Source of the DNA: a virus | Length of the DNA stretch: 64,000 bases | Reading direction: 5' to 3' (one strand) | Virus record (IMG/VR): IMGVR_UViG_3300036766_000670 | Span: 1-64,000 of that record | Shown: piece by piece, positions 9,240 through 18,613 of the stretch | Layout: each line of letters begins with the position of its first letter | How positions within the stretch are numbered: position 1 is the stretch's first letter | Made by a program: the position numbers and the translations under genes | Notes under the pieces: generated by a model | Told to the model about the DNA's origin: nothing | Seen by the model: the letters and a program-made list of their open reading frames with translations, nothing else | Databases searched by the model: none

Positions 9240-11723
9240 ATGGATAAGGAATATCTACAACATATAGCCGGTTCCCTTTACACTAAGGGTCTCGAAGAAC
9301 AAATTGGCGCAAGAGTGAGATCGGGTATGAAAAATATCGGCGCTATGACTGGCAGTCCAATGGAAAGTAGAGAATATACCTATATTCGTTATTCGTTTGA
9401 AAAATTTCTTAAGGGAATAACGCCTGTATTGGATGATTTTGCAGAGAATGTGGATCGACTTCGAAGATTTAAACCATCTCTTACCCCTAATCAAAATAAA
9501 GTGGTGGATTCCATTGTGGATCTCCACAACGTAATTAAGCCACGATACTATGGAGTTACCGTGAATCCACCAGGAAGAGTACAAGATTATCCTCCGGGAA
9601 GATATCCATATATAAAGGGAATTCAAAAACCATTAACTCCTCTTAAAGGAAAACAGCCTACCAAAATAGCTGAAATAATAGATGAAGGAATGCTTGGTCG
9701 ATCTGTAATTATTAATAAAGCCTGGACAAGCCGAAATGCTGGAAAAATCATTGCTGCTTATATAAAAAACATTTACGATAAACAAGTCGCCTTTTATGCA
9801 GAGGTCAAGAAATTAACTGGAAGAACCCCCAACAGAATTCAAACAGTGTTAAGAGATATAAATCGTAAGTGGTCGAATATTTTTGGAAAAGTAAGTGCGA
9901 CGATAAGTACATGGCAGACACAGGCCGAACCTACTGGAAAAACATTCGTTTCTCCTATAGGGGCAAAACCCGAGGGAAAGCCTATTAGTCCAGATCTAAC
10001 TCTTCCGCCAGAAACACCACCAGAAACATCAACCACTCCACCCGCTGTTGCCGCTGTGCTTACTCCAGATAATGGCAAACCCGCTGCCACGGTTCCTGCT
10101 GTTGGTGATGAAATTCCTCCTCCTGCAAGGGGTGATGATTTTGCTTACATAGTAGAAAATGTAGTAAAAATTATTATAGACACTGTTCGAACGGATACTG
10201 AAAGATCAAAAGATTATTTTGAGGCAGAAAGATTACCGAGAACGTGGGAAGAACCTTCTATACATGCTAAAGAAAGAGAGAAAAAAATTCCTACAACAAT
10301 AAAAACGCCTTCTGGCATTACTATTCCTTCAACTGTTCCTATCACCACAACTGCATCAATAATTCCAGATACCATTAAAGAACAGGAAGATGAACCAGAA
10401 AGTAAACCGGAAAAACCAACTGGAAAATTTTTGTACGATTTCAGAAGTGCTTATAGAAAATCAAGAAACTTTGCAATTGAAATGGGGGATCAAAAATCAA
10501 TAACTCTTTCAAGTGGAAAAACAAAAAATATTCGTGTAATTTGGGTTAATAAAGATCAGAAAAATGAAATTCATGTCAAATATCAAGATGCCGCCGAAGC
10601 TGTTGGAGATCAAAAACATGTGTGGAAAGAAATCATATTATTGAATTTCTACGATTATGAAGCCGATAGCAGAAGTGAAGAATGGCAAAAGGATGAAGGA
10701 AACAGATTATTTACTTATATTCATAATGCAAATCCATATGACAATCCATTAGAAGGAGCGAGTAAAGAACGATTGGCAAGACTTCAAAACAAATCTCTAA
10801 TGGACAAATTCAATCGAGCACTTTATGTAGTGATTGATAGGAAAGCAATGGAATTTAGTGCTATGGGGTTAAATATTGGTATTCTTGATGATGAATTGGC
10901 GACTATTTTCCGGTATGACCGTAGTGGAAAAAAACCTCCAATTAATGTTGAAGAACTTTTGAAGTATATTCGTTCTCCAAATGTAGAAACAAGAACTATG
11001 TGGATTGAAAAATTAAAGGATTTAGGATGGTTTGCTCGTAAAGGTTATCCAATTCCAGATCCTAAACAAGATCCTTCTACCTATGAAGGATTGCCAATTC
11101 CGGGTGAGGAAGAACCAATAACCACTCCCGCTCCAGGAACTACAGCCATTCCCACGGGAACTTTGCCAATACCCGATATCGATAAAATTCCCGCCGCAAT
11201 GGAGGCCAGAAGCACTTTACTTAATAAGGGATGGAAGGGAGTTTTTAATGCTATAGGACAAGCAGCTAAAAATCTTGGAGATCGAGCTAAGACAGCTTCT
11301 CCGGATGAATATGTAAAACTTGCCACCGATATATTAAAAGCTTCCAAAGCCGAAAGAGATCCAAAGTATGTATTGGGAATTGAAAATACTAATAATGCAG
11401 TAATGGCTTTGGAAAAATTGGGGTTTAATAAAGTAGTTGCAATAAAAGCTGTAGCAGAAATAGCTAATACAGAGGGAGAAAATCTTACAGATTCCGAATA
11501 TACTGAAAAGGCTCTTAAATTGCTCAAACCCGACAAAAAAACGCTCCCAAGCACATCAGTAGGGGGTCCACCGCCTACATCACCAGTATCTGGAGAACCG
11601 AGTAAATCCGCTGGAGGAGAACCCTCAAAATCACCCGTATCAAAACCGGCAAGCAAAAAAGCTAAAAAGGGAAAGTTGAAAGAAGGTTTCATTAATCCAT
11701 TTCAAGAAACCAACTTTCTCTAA
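9240..11723 (+). CDS. Large Pro/Thr-linker protein with two RuvA C-terminal-like domains; putative head-internal protein
   Basis: NAVMALEKLGFNKVVAIKAVAEI...LTDSEYTEKALKLL plus a preceding weaker copy; TATTTATA upstream. Confidence 0.55.
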   Translation: MDKEYLQHIAGSLYTKGLEEQIGARVRSGMKNIGAMTGSPMESREYTYIRYSFEKFLKGITPVLDDFAENVDRLRRFKPSLTPNQNKVVDSIVDLHNVIKPRYYGVTVNPPGRVQDYPPGRYPYIKGIQKPLTPLKGKQPTKIAEIIDEGMLGRSVIINKAWTSRNAGKIIAAYIKNIYDKQVAFYAEVKKLTGRTPNRIQTVLRDINRKWSNIFGKVSATISTWQTQAEPTGKTFVSPIGAKPEGKPISPDLTLPPETPPETSTTPPAVAAVLTPDNGKPAATVPAVGDEIPPPARGDDFAYIVENVVKIIIDTVRTDTERSKDYFEAERLPRTWEEPSIHAKEREKKIPTTIKTPSGITIPSTVPITTTASIIPDTIKEQEDEPESKPEKPTGKFLYDFRSAYRKSRNFAIEMGDQKSITLSSGKTKNIRVIWVNKDQKNEIHVKYQDAAEAVGDQKHVWKEIILLNFYDYEADSRSEEWQKDEGNRLFTYIHNANPYDNPLEGASKERLARLQNKSLMDKFNRALYVVIDRKAMEFSAMGLNIGILDDELATIFRYDRSGKKPPINVEELLKYIRSPNVETRTMWIEKLKDLGWFARKGYPIPDPKQDPSTYEGLPIPGEEEPITTPAPGTTAIPTGTLPIPDIDKIPAAMEARSTLLNKGWKGVFNAIGQAAKNLGDRAKTASPDEYVKLATDILKASKAERDPKYVLGIENTNNAVMALEKLGFNKVVAIKAVAEIANTEGENLTDSEYTEKALKLLKPDKKTLPSTSVGGPPPTSPVSGEPSKSAGGEPSKSPVSKPASKKAKKGKLKEGFINPFQETNFL

Positions 11724-11814
11724 AATAGTACTTTATACTTCCATTCTTAGTACTTATTATCTCGTAATGAAGTACATTGTACACTAGGATTTTGAGTTGT
11801 CAAGTTTTTATAGC

Positions 11815-12375
11815 ATGAAAAATACAGAATACATTTTATATCTTGATTTAGACGGTGTTCTCGTCAACTTTGAAAGAGGTTTCACAGATCTTTCGGATGG
11901 AATAACCCCCGATGAGATGAAATCCAGATACGGGGAAAAAGTTATGCAAAATCAATACTTAGCCGCCGGATCTTCATTTTGGGCAAACCTTGGATGGATT
12001 GAAGGCGGCGAGGATATTTGGAAAGCTTCAAATGAGTTGTTTGAAAGAGTTTGTATTTTATCTTCTACAGGTACTACTAATCCTATAAAAGGTAAGCCAG
12101 TAATTATGGGTAAAAAACAATGGATAGCTAAAAATATTCCCTCTTTAACCTCGGGTAAAATATTCATAGTATTGGGAAGCCACATGAAAAAAATGCTTGT
12201 CGCTAGAAATAGCATATTAGTTGATGATATGTCGAGCACAGTAGCCGAATGGAATGCGTATGGCGGAATTGGAATACTTCATCATCATAAATACTATCAA
12301 AAAACTATTCAAACATTACAAGATCTCGCTCATCCTCCATCCTTAACTGAACTTGCTAAACGCATTCAGTACTGA
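11815..12375 (+). CDS. HAD-family 5'(3')-nucleotidase-like protein
   Basis: YLDLDGVLVNF motif I, ILSS, GKKQW, ILVDD. ATG at 11815 preferred over TTG at 11797. Confidence 0.85.
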   Translation: MKNTEYILYLDLDGVLVNFERGFTDLSDGITPDEMKSRYGEKVMQNQYLAAGSSFWANLGWIEGGEDIWKASNELFERVCILSSTGTTNPIKGKPVIMGKKQWIAKNIPSLTSGKIFIVLGSHMKKMLVARNSILVDDMSSTVAEWNAYGGIGILHHHKYYQKTIQTLQDLAHPPSLTELAKRIQY

Positions 12376-12393
12376 TTACTGATATTTATAGTC

Positions 12394-15300
12394 ATGAATC
12401 AAGATTTGAAAAAACTCATAAATGAAACCGTAAAAAACTTTTTCGACGAAAATGAAGTGGATGTTTACGGTTCGGGAGAACTTCCTCCGAGCGGAGAAGA
12501 AAAATACGAAAAACAGGAACCCGGAGGTACTATGAGTGCGACAAATTTGACACCGTTGATATACGAAACTAATTTCCGGATTTACAATGAAACGCTTTGT
12601 CCTGATTTATGGGATGCATATGATCATTTAGATGGTCATATAAGAGTAAATCTCTTGCGTATGGCATATGATTTCTATGAAAAGACAGATTTCAAAGCTC
12701 CAATTGTAGATGTCTATTTGATGGGATCTATTGCTAATTATAATTGGACTCCCGAAAGTGATGTTGATATTCATATAATCATTGACCATGATAAACTTCA
12801 AATGCCATCTGATACTATCTTAAGCGCAATCAAAGCTGCATGTTCTTTATGGAATAACGAGCATCATGTAGCGGTTAAGAGGCATAAGGTTGAGATGAAT
12901 ATTCAAAATATGAAAGAAGTTAAACCTCATGTCACCGGCATTTATTCTCTTGTTAAAGATCAATGGGTAAGAAAACCCGTTCTTCAATCTCTTTCTTTTG
13001 ATAAAACCTTTATTCAATCTATGTACAAAGGAATGAAAGAGTATCTCAAGTCTGCTATCAATAGCGGAAATCGACATGCTATGAAGGCGGTAAAAAAATA
13101 TATAGATGCTTTTCGTCAGTATGGACTTGATACCCGTGGTGAATTGAGTGTTGAAAATATCGTATTCAAAATTCTTCGTGCCAAAGGTTTGATTGAAATG
13201 TTGAAAACTGCTATAACAATGACATATGATAAAGAGATGACAGTAAGAGAGGCCGAAAAATTGAATGAAAGTAAAGAACCAGAATCTGCCATTGAAGATT
13301 TGATGGAAGAGCACGGTGTAGTGAGCCGTTGTTTGCTTATTTATGAAGAATTGATTCGTAAATTGGAGACAGAGAAGGAAATGTCTTTTGACATTGTTCA
13401 TGATATAGCCGAAGTAATCCGTCATCACGTAGAAGATCACCACGAAAAAGTAGAGGAGAAGTATGTCTTTGCGCTTTTCAAAGGAAAAGATAAACTGGGA
13501 AAAGTAGTAAAAATTCTTACAGAACAGCACAAAGCGGGCAGGAAATTAACTGGAAAAATACTTAATCTTTCTTCTAAATCGTACTCAAAAGAAACTCAAA
13601 ATCAGTTGTTTCAAGAGTGTAAAAAATTTGTCCATATGTATGGCCCGCATAAAGCATGGGAAGATACGGTAGTATTTCCCGCCGTTCGTAAAGCTTTGAC
13701 GGACAACGAGTTAGAAAAATTCAATGAAAAAATGGAAGAAGCCGAAAAAGAAGGCGATCCGAAAAAATTCATACAGGAAGTTGAAAAAATAGAAAAGAAA
13801 CTCGGTATTTACAAGATATGTTGTTTTACTCCTGAAAAGGACAGAAAGACAATGTTGGAGGTTAGACAACAAGACATTAAATCCCATCTTCCTTCACCAG
13901 AAAACATCAAGCTTATTGATGGTCAAAAGCTGGATCTTAGCCGATTAACCTTAGATCATTTGAAGGCATTACGGGCTAAAGCGGTAAGATTTTGGAAGGC
14001 TGCAAGCAAGAAAAAAGATCATGAAGAAACTCTTTGGGCACTGGCAGAGTTTGAAAGATATAACTTCGAAATAAAAAGGAGAATGAGATACATAAATGCT
14101 CCTCTCATAACCGAAGAATCAAAAAAATTTCCACCTTTTACTCTTGTTTTCGACAGTTCAGATGTAGCAAAAGGTGCTGTAAAGATTATGTTGGGTAATG
14201 AATGGTTTGGTAATATCTATAAACCTCTCGAAGGATGGGGTGAATATACTGGAAAGTGGATTTTCAATGCTGCCAGCAAAGAAGCAATGAAAATGAAGTT
14301 TCCAGCTAAGGGATATAATAGTCCGGGAGAATTGCTTCGAGATTTAAAAAAATGGTATAGTCAACGATTTATAACCGAGAAACAAGAAGTTTTTGACATT
14401 AAAGGTCCGGATGAATTGTCTCCTAGAAATCAAGTTGAGCTTGATCAGTTAGTTCGTAATTCTGAAAACATTATATCCGGTAAAGAGCTTTATTATATTT
14501 ATTTAGTCAATGATCATGTTGCGGGTGCTCTTTATACATCTTATCGTGATCGAGTATATAGTTTTAATGTTGTTGTTAGTAAAGAATATCGTCAGAAAGG
14601 TATTGGAGTAAGAATGATAAGGGATGGATTAGATGAATATTTCAACAATATTCTGGAAACCGATCCGGATGCGAAACTGGAACTTAATATTGTAAATCCT
14701 TCTATAATAGATTATCTTAAACGAATAGGGATGGAAGTGGAAAAGAGTGTTGGAGGACGTGTTATAATGTTTTATTCAAAAGGAAAAGAAAGTTCTATAG
14801 ATGAAAATGGGGGAGGGGGAATAGGATATTTTAGTAAAGAACTTGAAGCAGATATTCAACATCTAATTACAACCAGTGAGGATAGTATAGAGTCTGGTGA
14901 GCCGGTTCTTACTCGTGCTCAAGCAATTCGGTACTTAATGCAGGACATGGATGATCCTGGGCATTATTCACATGAGCATAGAAGGGAACTTCAAAATTTT
15001 GGTGTTAAGATCGGAATTTTTGAACCTTGTACAAGAGAAGAATTGGATAATATTGTAGTTATAGGTGGAAGAGGGCGAAAATATGACTTTAAACGAGGAA
15101 ATTTATACTATAGATTTAATTCTTGGAAACCTTTAATAGGGCACGAAGATCCAGTAGATGAAAATAATGAAGATTTAAAAAGTGATTTTGATTTGGCTGA
15201 ACAAGGAGATACTGTTTCTGTTGTAAGAAGAGCGATAGAGAAGCTGGGAGGAATGGAAAATTTCAAAGCGTGGTTTATGGGATGGATTTCAAAAGAAAAA

Positions 15301-15819
15301 ATTCCATATAGACAAATAGATTCTTCGGGACAATCGCATACTGTAGAATTTTTTGCGAGAAAATATTTAAAAGGCGAGATAGATTTGCGTCGTATTAGTG
15401 AAGGTTATGGAGCGGGTATTCCAGGCACAGATAAGCGTTTAGGTATTCCAGGTGAAAGATGGAGAATTAGAAGCAAAGACGCTCCAAAAACTCCAAAGAT
15501 GCCAAGCGACGAAGAGTTATCAATAACTATAGATCTCGATGAAATTGTTGATAGTACATTGGAATTACTATTCGAATCTCCTAATATGGAAACTCTTAAG
15601 AAAAACAGAAAAACTCTTTCTGATGAAGAAAGAAGAATAGTTATGGATTCGGGAGCGGTATGGCATCATAGTCCAAATGGAAAAGAAACTCCTGGGGTTT
15701 GGAAATCTATAGTCAAAGGAAAAACATGGTACGTTTGTAATACTCACAGAGCTTATCAATGTAAGCCAACTCTAAGGGGAGCCATAAAAGCTTTCGAATT
15801 TATAGAGACAACCTCGTAA
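12394..15819 (+). CDS. Multidomain protein: Pol-beta nucleotidyltransferase + hemerythrin + GNAT + unknown modules
   Basis: GSIANYNWTPESDVDIH (GS..DxD); EEH..HHEKVEE..EQH..HKAWED (hemerythrin); VVVSKEYRQKGIG (GNAT motif A). Confidence 0.85.
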   Translation: MNQDLKKLINETVKNFFDENEVDVYGSGELPPSGEEKYEKQEPGGTMSATNLTPLIYETNFRIYNETLCPDLWDAYDHLDGHIRVNLLRMAYDFYEKTDFKAPIVDVYLMGSIANYNWTPESDVDIHIIIDHDKLQMPSDTILSAIKAACSLWNNEHHVAVKRHKVEMNIQNMKEVKPHVTGIYSLVKDQWVRKPVLQSLSFDKTFIQSMYKGMKEYLKSAINSGNRHAMKAVKKYIDAFRQYGLDTRGELSVENIVFKILRAKGLIEMLKTAITMTYDKEMTVREAEKLNESKEPESAIEDLMEEHGVVSRCLLIYEELIRKLETEKEMSFDIVHDIAEVIRHHVEDHHEKVEEKYVFALFKGKDKLGKVVKILTEQHKAGRKLTGKILNLSSKSYSKETQNQLFQECKKFVHMYGPHKAWEDTVVFPAVRKALTDNELEKFNEKMEEAEKEGDPKKFIQEVEKIEKKLGIYKICCFTPEKDRKTMLEVRQQDIKSHLPSPENIKLIDGQKLDLSRLTLDHLKALRAKAVRFWKAASKKKDHEETLWALAEFERYNFEIKRRMRYINAPLITEESKKFPPFTLVFDSSDVAKGAVKIMLGNEWFGNIYKPLEGWGEYTGKWIFNAASKEAMKMKFPAKGYNSPGELLRDLKKWYSQRFITEKQEVFDIKGPDELSPRNQVELDQLVRNSENIISGKELYYIYLVNDHVAGALYTSYRDRVYSFNVVVSKEYRQKGIGVRMIRDGLDEYFNNILETDPDAKLELNIVNPSIIDYLKRIGMEVEKSVGGRVIMFYSKGKESSIDENGGGGIGYFSKELEADIQHLITTSEDSIESGEPVLTRAQAIRYLMQDMDDPGHYSHEHRRELQNFGVKIGIFEPCTREELDNIVVIGGRGRKYDFKRGNLYYRFNSWKPLIGHEDPVDENNEDLKSDFDLAEQGDTVSVVRRAIEKLGGMENFKAWFMGWISKEKIPYRQIDSSGQSHTVEFFARKYLKGEIDLRRISEGYGAGIPGTDKRLGIPGERWRIRSKDAPKTPKMPSDEELSITIDLDEIVDSTLELLFESPNMETLKKNRKTLSDEERRIVMDSGAVWHHSPNGKETPGVWKSIVKGKTWYVCNTHRAYQCKPTLRGAIKAFEFIETTS

Positions 15820-15832
15820 TCAAAAGAAAAAT

Positions 15833-16679
15833 ATGATTACATTGAAATCATTATTGTGCGAGCAAGTGAAGAAAATATCTCTTCAAAAGGCTGTTGATAA
15901 TAAACTTTTTGGTCCTGTTTATCACGGAACAAACCAAGAAGCCCTTTCTAAAATAGATAAAGAGGGTTTCAAAGTGATTATGGGACTTCATGGTACATCG
16001 GGTATGTCACATGGATATGAATATGAACCATATGGATATTTTACTGATGTTCCTCCCCCAATTCATCATCTTGGGTTCGGCGTGTATTTTACTACTGTCA
16101 AAGCTATTGCTAAAAGATTTGCTGGTGGTACAGCAAAAGGAATGAAAGCATATTTCTTGGATATTCCAAAGAAGGAAACAATAAATTTTGCTTCACCGAG
16201 AAAAATGATGAAATGGTGGATTGAAAATGGATATGATCCGGAATTGGCTAAACGTGGCGAAGGTGGTAGGTACATGGCAACGGCAAAAATGACCGAACAA
16301 TTGAAATCCAAATACGAGGGGGTGTGGTTCAAAGGAAAAGGAATACACAGACTTTTGGATGGTGATCAAGTAGTTGTATTTGATCCTAAAGACATTTATG
16401 AAATAGATTTGTCTTTATCGAAGGAATTTGACCTTGGTGCTAAAGTTAAAGCCAAAATTGACATAAAATATACTGATAAGGAAGGAAATGTATATGGAAG
16501 TGTTGTTCCTATTGGAACAACAGGGATTATAGTTAAAAGATACGATGTCAAAAAAAATGGCGAAAGAATATCCTCTCTATTGGGCAAAAGATGCCGAGCG
16601 ATATGCATTTGATGTAAAGTTCAAAGTTGGTGGTGAAAGACAAGTAAAGGATACTTGGGTGGAACCTTTGAATTTATAA
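15833..16679 (+). CDS. ADP-ribosyltransferase-like protein with SH3-like C-terminus (frameshift at A8, 16550-16557)
   Basis: PVYHGT...GF...LGFGVYFT...A..FA and QVVVFDP. The frame-0 stop is at 16612; the +1 frame continues MAKEYPLYW...FDVKFKVGGERQVKDTWVEPLNL to 16679. Confidence 0.65.
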
Positions 16680-16752
16680 CTTTTTATTTTTCTCGCTTAT
16701 TTCTCCAGGAGGCATATATTTATAATCAGAAGCATAAATAAGGATTCTATCT

Positions 16753-17244
16753 ATGGCAGACTTACTAACAAACAACGAGATGTTCTTCACGATTTGGGAA
16801 CCCAAAACGAAGAATCGTTTCCTCATGTATATTGACGGCGTTCCAACGTACCTCATTCGTAAAACCGACCGTCCAAAATGGACCCAAGATCGTCAAACGA
16901 TTGATTATATCAACTTGCAATGGTTCTACAAGGGTAAGACCAAGTGGCAGGAAATTGATATTGAACTTTACGATCCCGTTGTTCCTTCCGCCGCCCAAAC
17001 AGTTTTTGAATGGTTCCGTTTGTCGCATGAATCTGTGACTGGGCGTGATGGATATCAAGATTTCTATAAAAAGGAAGTTACTATTGATATCCTCGGTCCT
17101 GTCGGTGATAAAGTTGAAGAATGGACTCTGAAAGGTGCTTTTCCAACTTCTTTTGATGGTGGGACAATGGAATGGGTCAATGATGCTGAACCAGTACTAG
17201 TTACTCTTAGGCTATCATACGATTATGCGATCCTCCAATATTGA
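16753..17244 (+). CDS. Tail tube protein (T4 gp19-like)
   Basis: EPKTKNRF, YKGKTKWQ.I.I.LYDP, YKKEVTI.ILGP, EEWTLKGAFP, L.LSYDY. Confidence 0.92.
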   Translation: MADLLTNNEMFFTIWEPKTKNRFLMYIDGVPTYLIRKTDRPKWTQDRQTIDYINLQWFYKGKTKWQEIDIELYDPVVPSAAQTVFEWFRLSHESVTGRDGYQDFYKKEVTIDILGPVGDKVEEWTLKGAFPTSFDGGTMEWVNDAEPVLVTLRLSYDYAILQY

Positions 17245-17359
17245 TGTATGATTATGCTGTATTGATTAGAATCGCATAATCAAAGTGAACTTTTAGAAAT
17301 TTTCTTGTTATATAATAGAGAAATGAACTTTCCGGCGATCTATGTCATACTTATTTAAT

Positions 17360-17447
17360 GTAAGGTGACGCTTATGATCGATTTGAAGCATTGCCCATTG
17401 AGTTTTGGCGTCACCTTACTCAATGGGCTTTTTATTTGAAGGTGACG
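17360..17447 (+). promoter_or_regulatory. Structured RNA leader (terminator/anti-SD switch)
   Basis: 11-bp stem 17393-17403/17418-17428 followed by T5. The loop is complementary to both 17360-17371 and the RBS at 17439-17447. Confidence 0.65.
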
Positions 17448-17448
17448 T

Positions 17449-17901
17449 ATGGCAAGAAGCAAAGAAGAATTAAGAGAATATGGTCGGCAGTATTATTACC
17501 GTAACAAAGAATTACATAATAAACATAACAGAGAATATAATCAAGCAAACAAAGAATGGTTAGATGTTTATAAAAAGAAGTGGAGATTAAGTCAATCCGG
17601 AAGAGTATCTCAATACATTTCACGACAAAAATATAAGTGTCGTAAATATGGAATAACTTTTGATCAATTAAACCAGATGAAGATTGACCAAAAAGGAATG
17701 TGTGCTATTTGTTCTAAGCCTTTTACAGACAGCAAAAAAGTGCATTTTGACCACGATCATATTACAGGAAAAGTTCGTCAGCTATTATGTAATAATTGTA
17801 ATTGTGGAATAGGATATTTTAAAGATAACATAGAGATGTTATTAAATGCAGTTGAGTACTTGAACAAATGGAATAAACGATGTTCTCTTAACTTTGTATG
17901 A
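17449..17901 (+). CDS. Endonuclease VII-family homing endonuclease
   Basis: KYGIT...QKGMCAIC...DHDHITGKVRQLLCNNCN.GIG.FKDN. Confidence 0.9.
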   Translation: MARSKEELREYGRQYYYRNKELHNKHNREYNQANKEWLDVYKKKWRLSQSGRVSQYISRQKYKCRKYGITFDQLNQMKIDQKGMCAICSKPFTDSKKVHFDHDHITGKVRQLLCNNCNCGIGYFKDNIEMLLNAVEYLNKWNKRCSLNFV

Positions 17902-17931
17902 TATTTATAAAGTGAAAAGGATAAATCATAT

Positions 17932-18612
17932 ATGAAGCAAAAACTTTTGGAATATCTCGTTAGGCAATGTGTACGAGAAGTATTGGCCCAAGTGAGAGAG
18001 CAGGATGACGAAACTAAAGGTGCCCCATCACCACCAGCGGCGGGCCTGGGAACTGCCGATACTCCGGCGGTTCCAAAACCGAAAGATACTACGCCAGAAG
18101 AACCATCTGAACCAGAAACTCCACCCACCAGCTTGAAAGGAGCGATATTTGTTAATCCAAGAGATAAATCAAAACTATCTCCAATCGGGCCTCTTCCTTT
18201 TAATATAAGTGATGCCGCTTTGGAAAGAAAACTTTATGATATATCAACAAGTTACATAGGACCGGAGGTAAAAGTTTCTCTTTCTGCATTTCGAATGGTT
18301 AAAGATGCCATTAGAAATCCAGGCTCAACTGTTTACTTATACTTTGGGAAATTTGACCCAGAATCAGAGGAGATATTTTTGATGGCAGATAAAAGTTTGC
18401 AAGCAGCCAAAGATGGTACTGTTCCTCCAGCAGAACTTACTAGAACTCCTGTTTCTACTGCTTCTCCAAGTCAGTTTGATCCAATTACAGCAGAACCGGA
18501 ACAATATGCTCAACAAATGACTAGTGGTGGTATGTCTCCAAGACGTGGGATTGATGAACGAATAGTCAAAGCCATAAAGAAAATAGTCAGAGAAGTATTG
18601 ACACGAAAATAA
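17932..18612 (+). CDS. Hypothetical, putative head-internal protein
   Basis: Leader LLEYLVRQCVREVL...VREQ, with a similar C-terminal IKKIVREVL. Confidence 0.55.
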   Translation: MKQKLLEYLVRQCVREVLAQVREQDDETKGAPSPPAAGLGTADTPAVPKPKDTTPEEPSEPETPPTSLKGAIFVNPRDKSKLSPIGPLPFNISDAALERKLYDISTSYIGPEVKVSLSAFRMVKDAIRNPGSTVYLYFGKFDPESEEIFLMADKSLQAAKDGTVPPAELTRTPVSTASPSQFDPITAEPEQYAQQMTSGGMSPRRGIDERIVKAIKKIVREVLTRK

Positions 18613-18613
18613 G

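Noticed and set aside
11081-11692. 203-aa minus-strand ORF
   Set aside because: Antisense shadow of the Pro/Lys-rich end of the 827-aa gene, with no recognisable motif.
12847-13530. 227-aa minus-strand ORF and similar Phe/Ile-rich antisense ORFs
   Set aside because: Typical shadows of A-rich sense genes.
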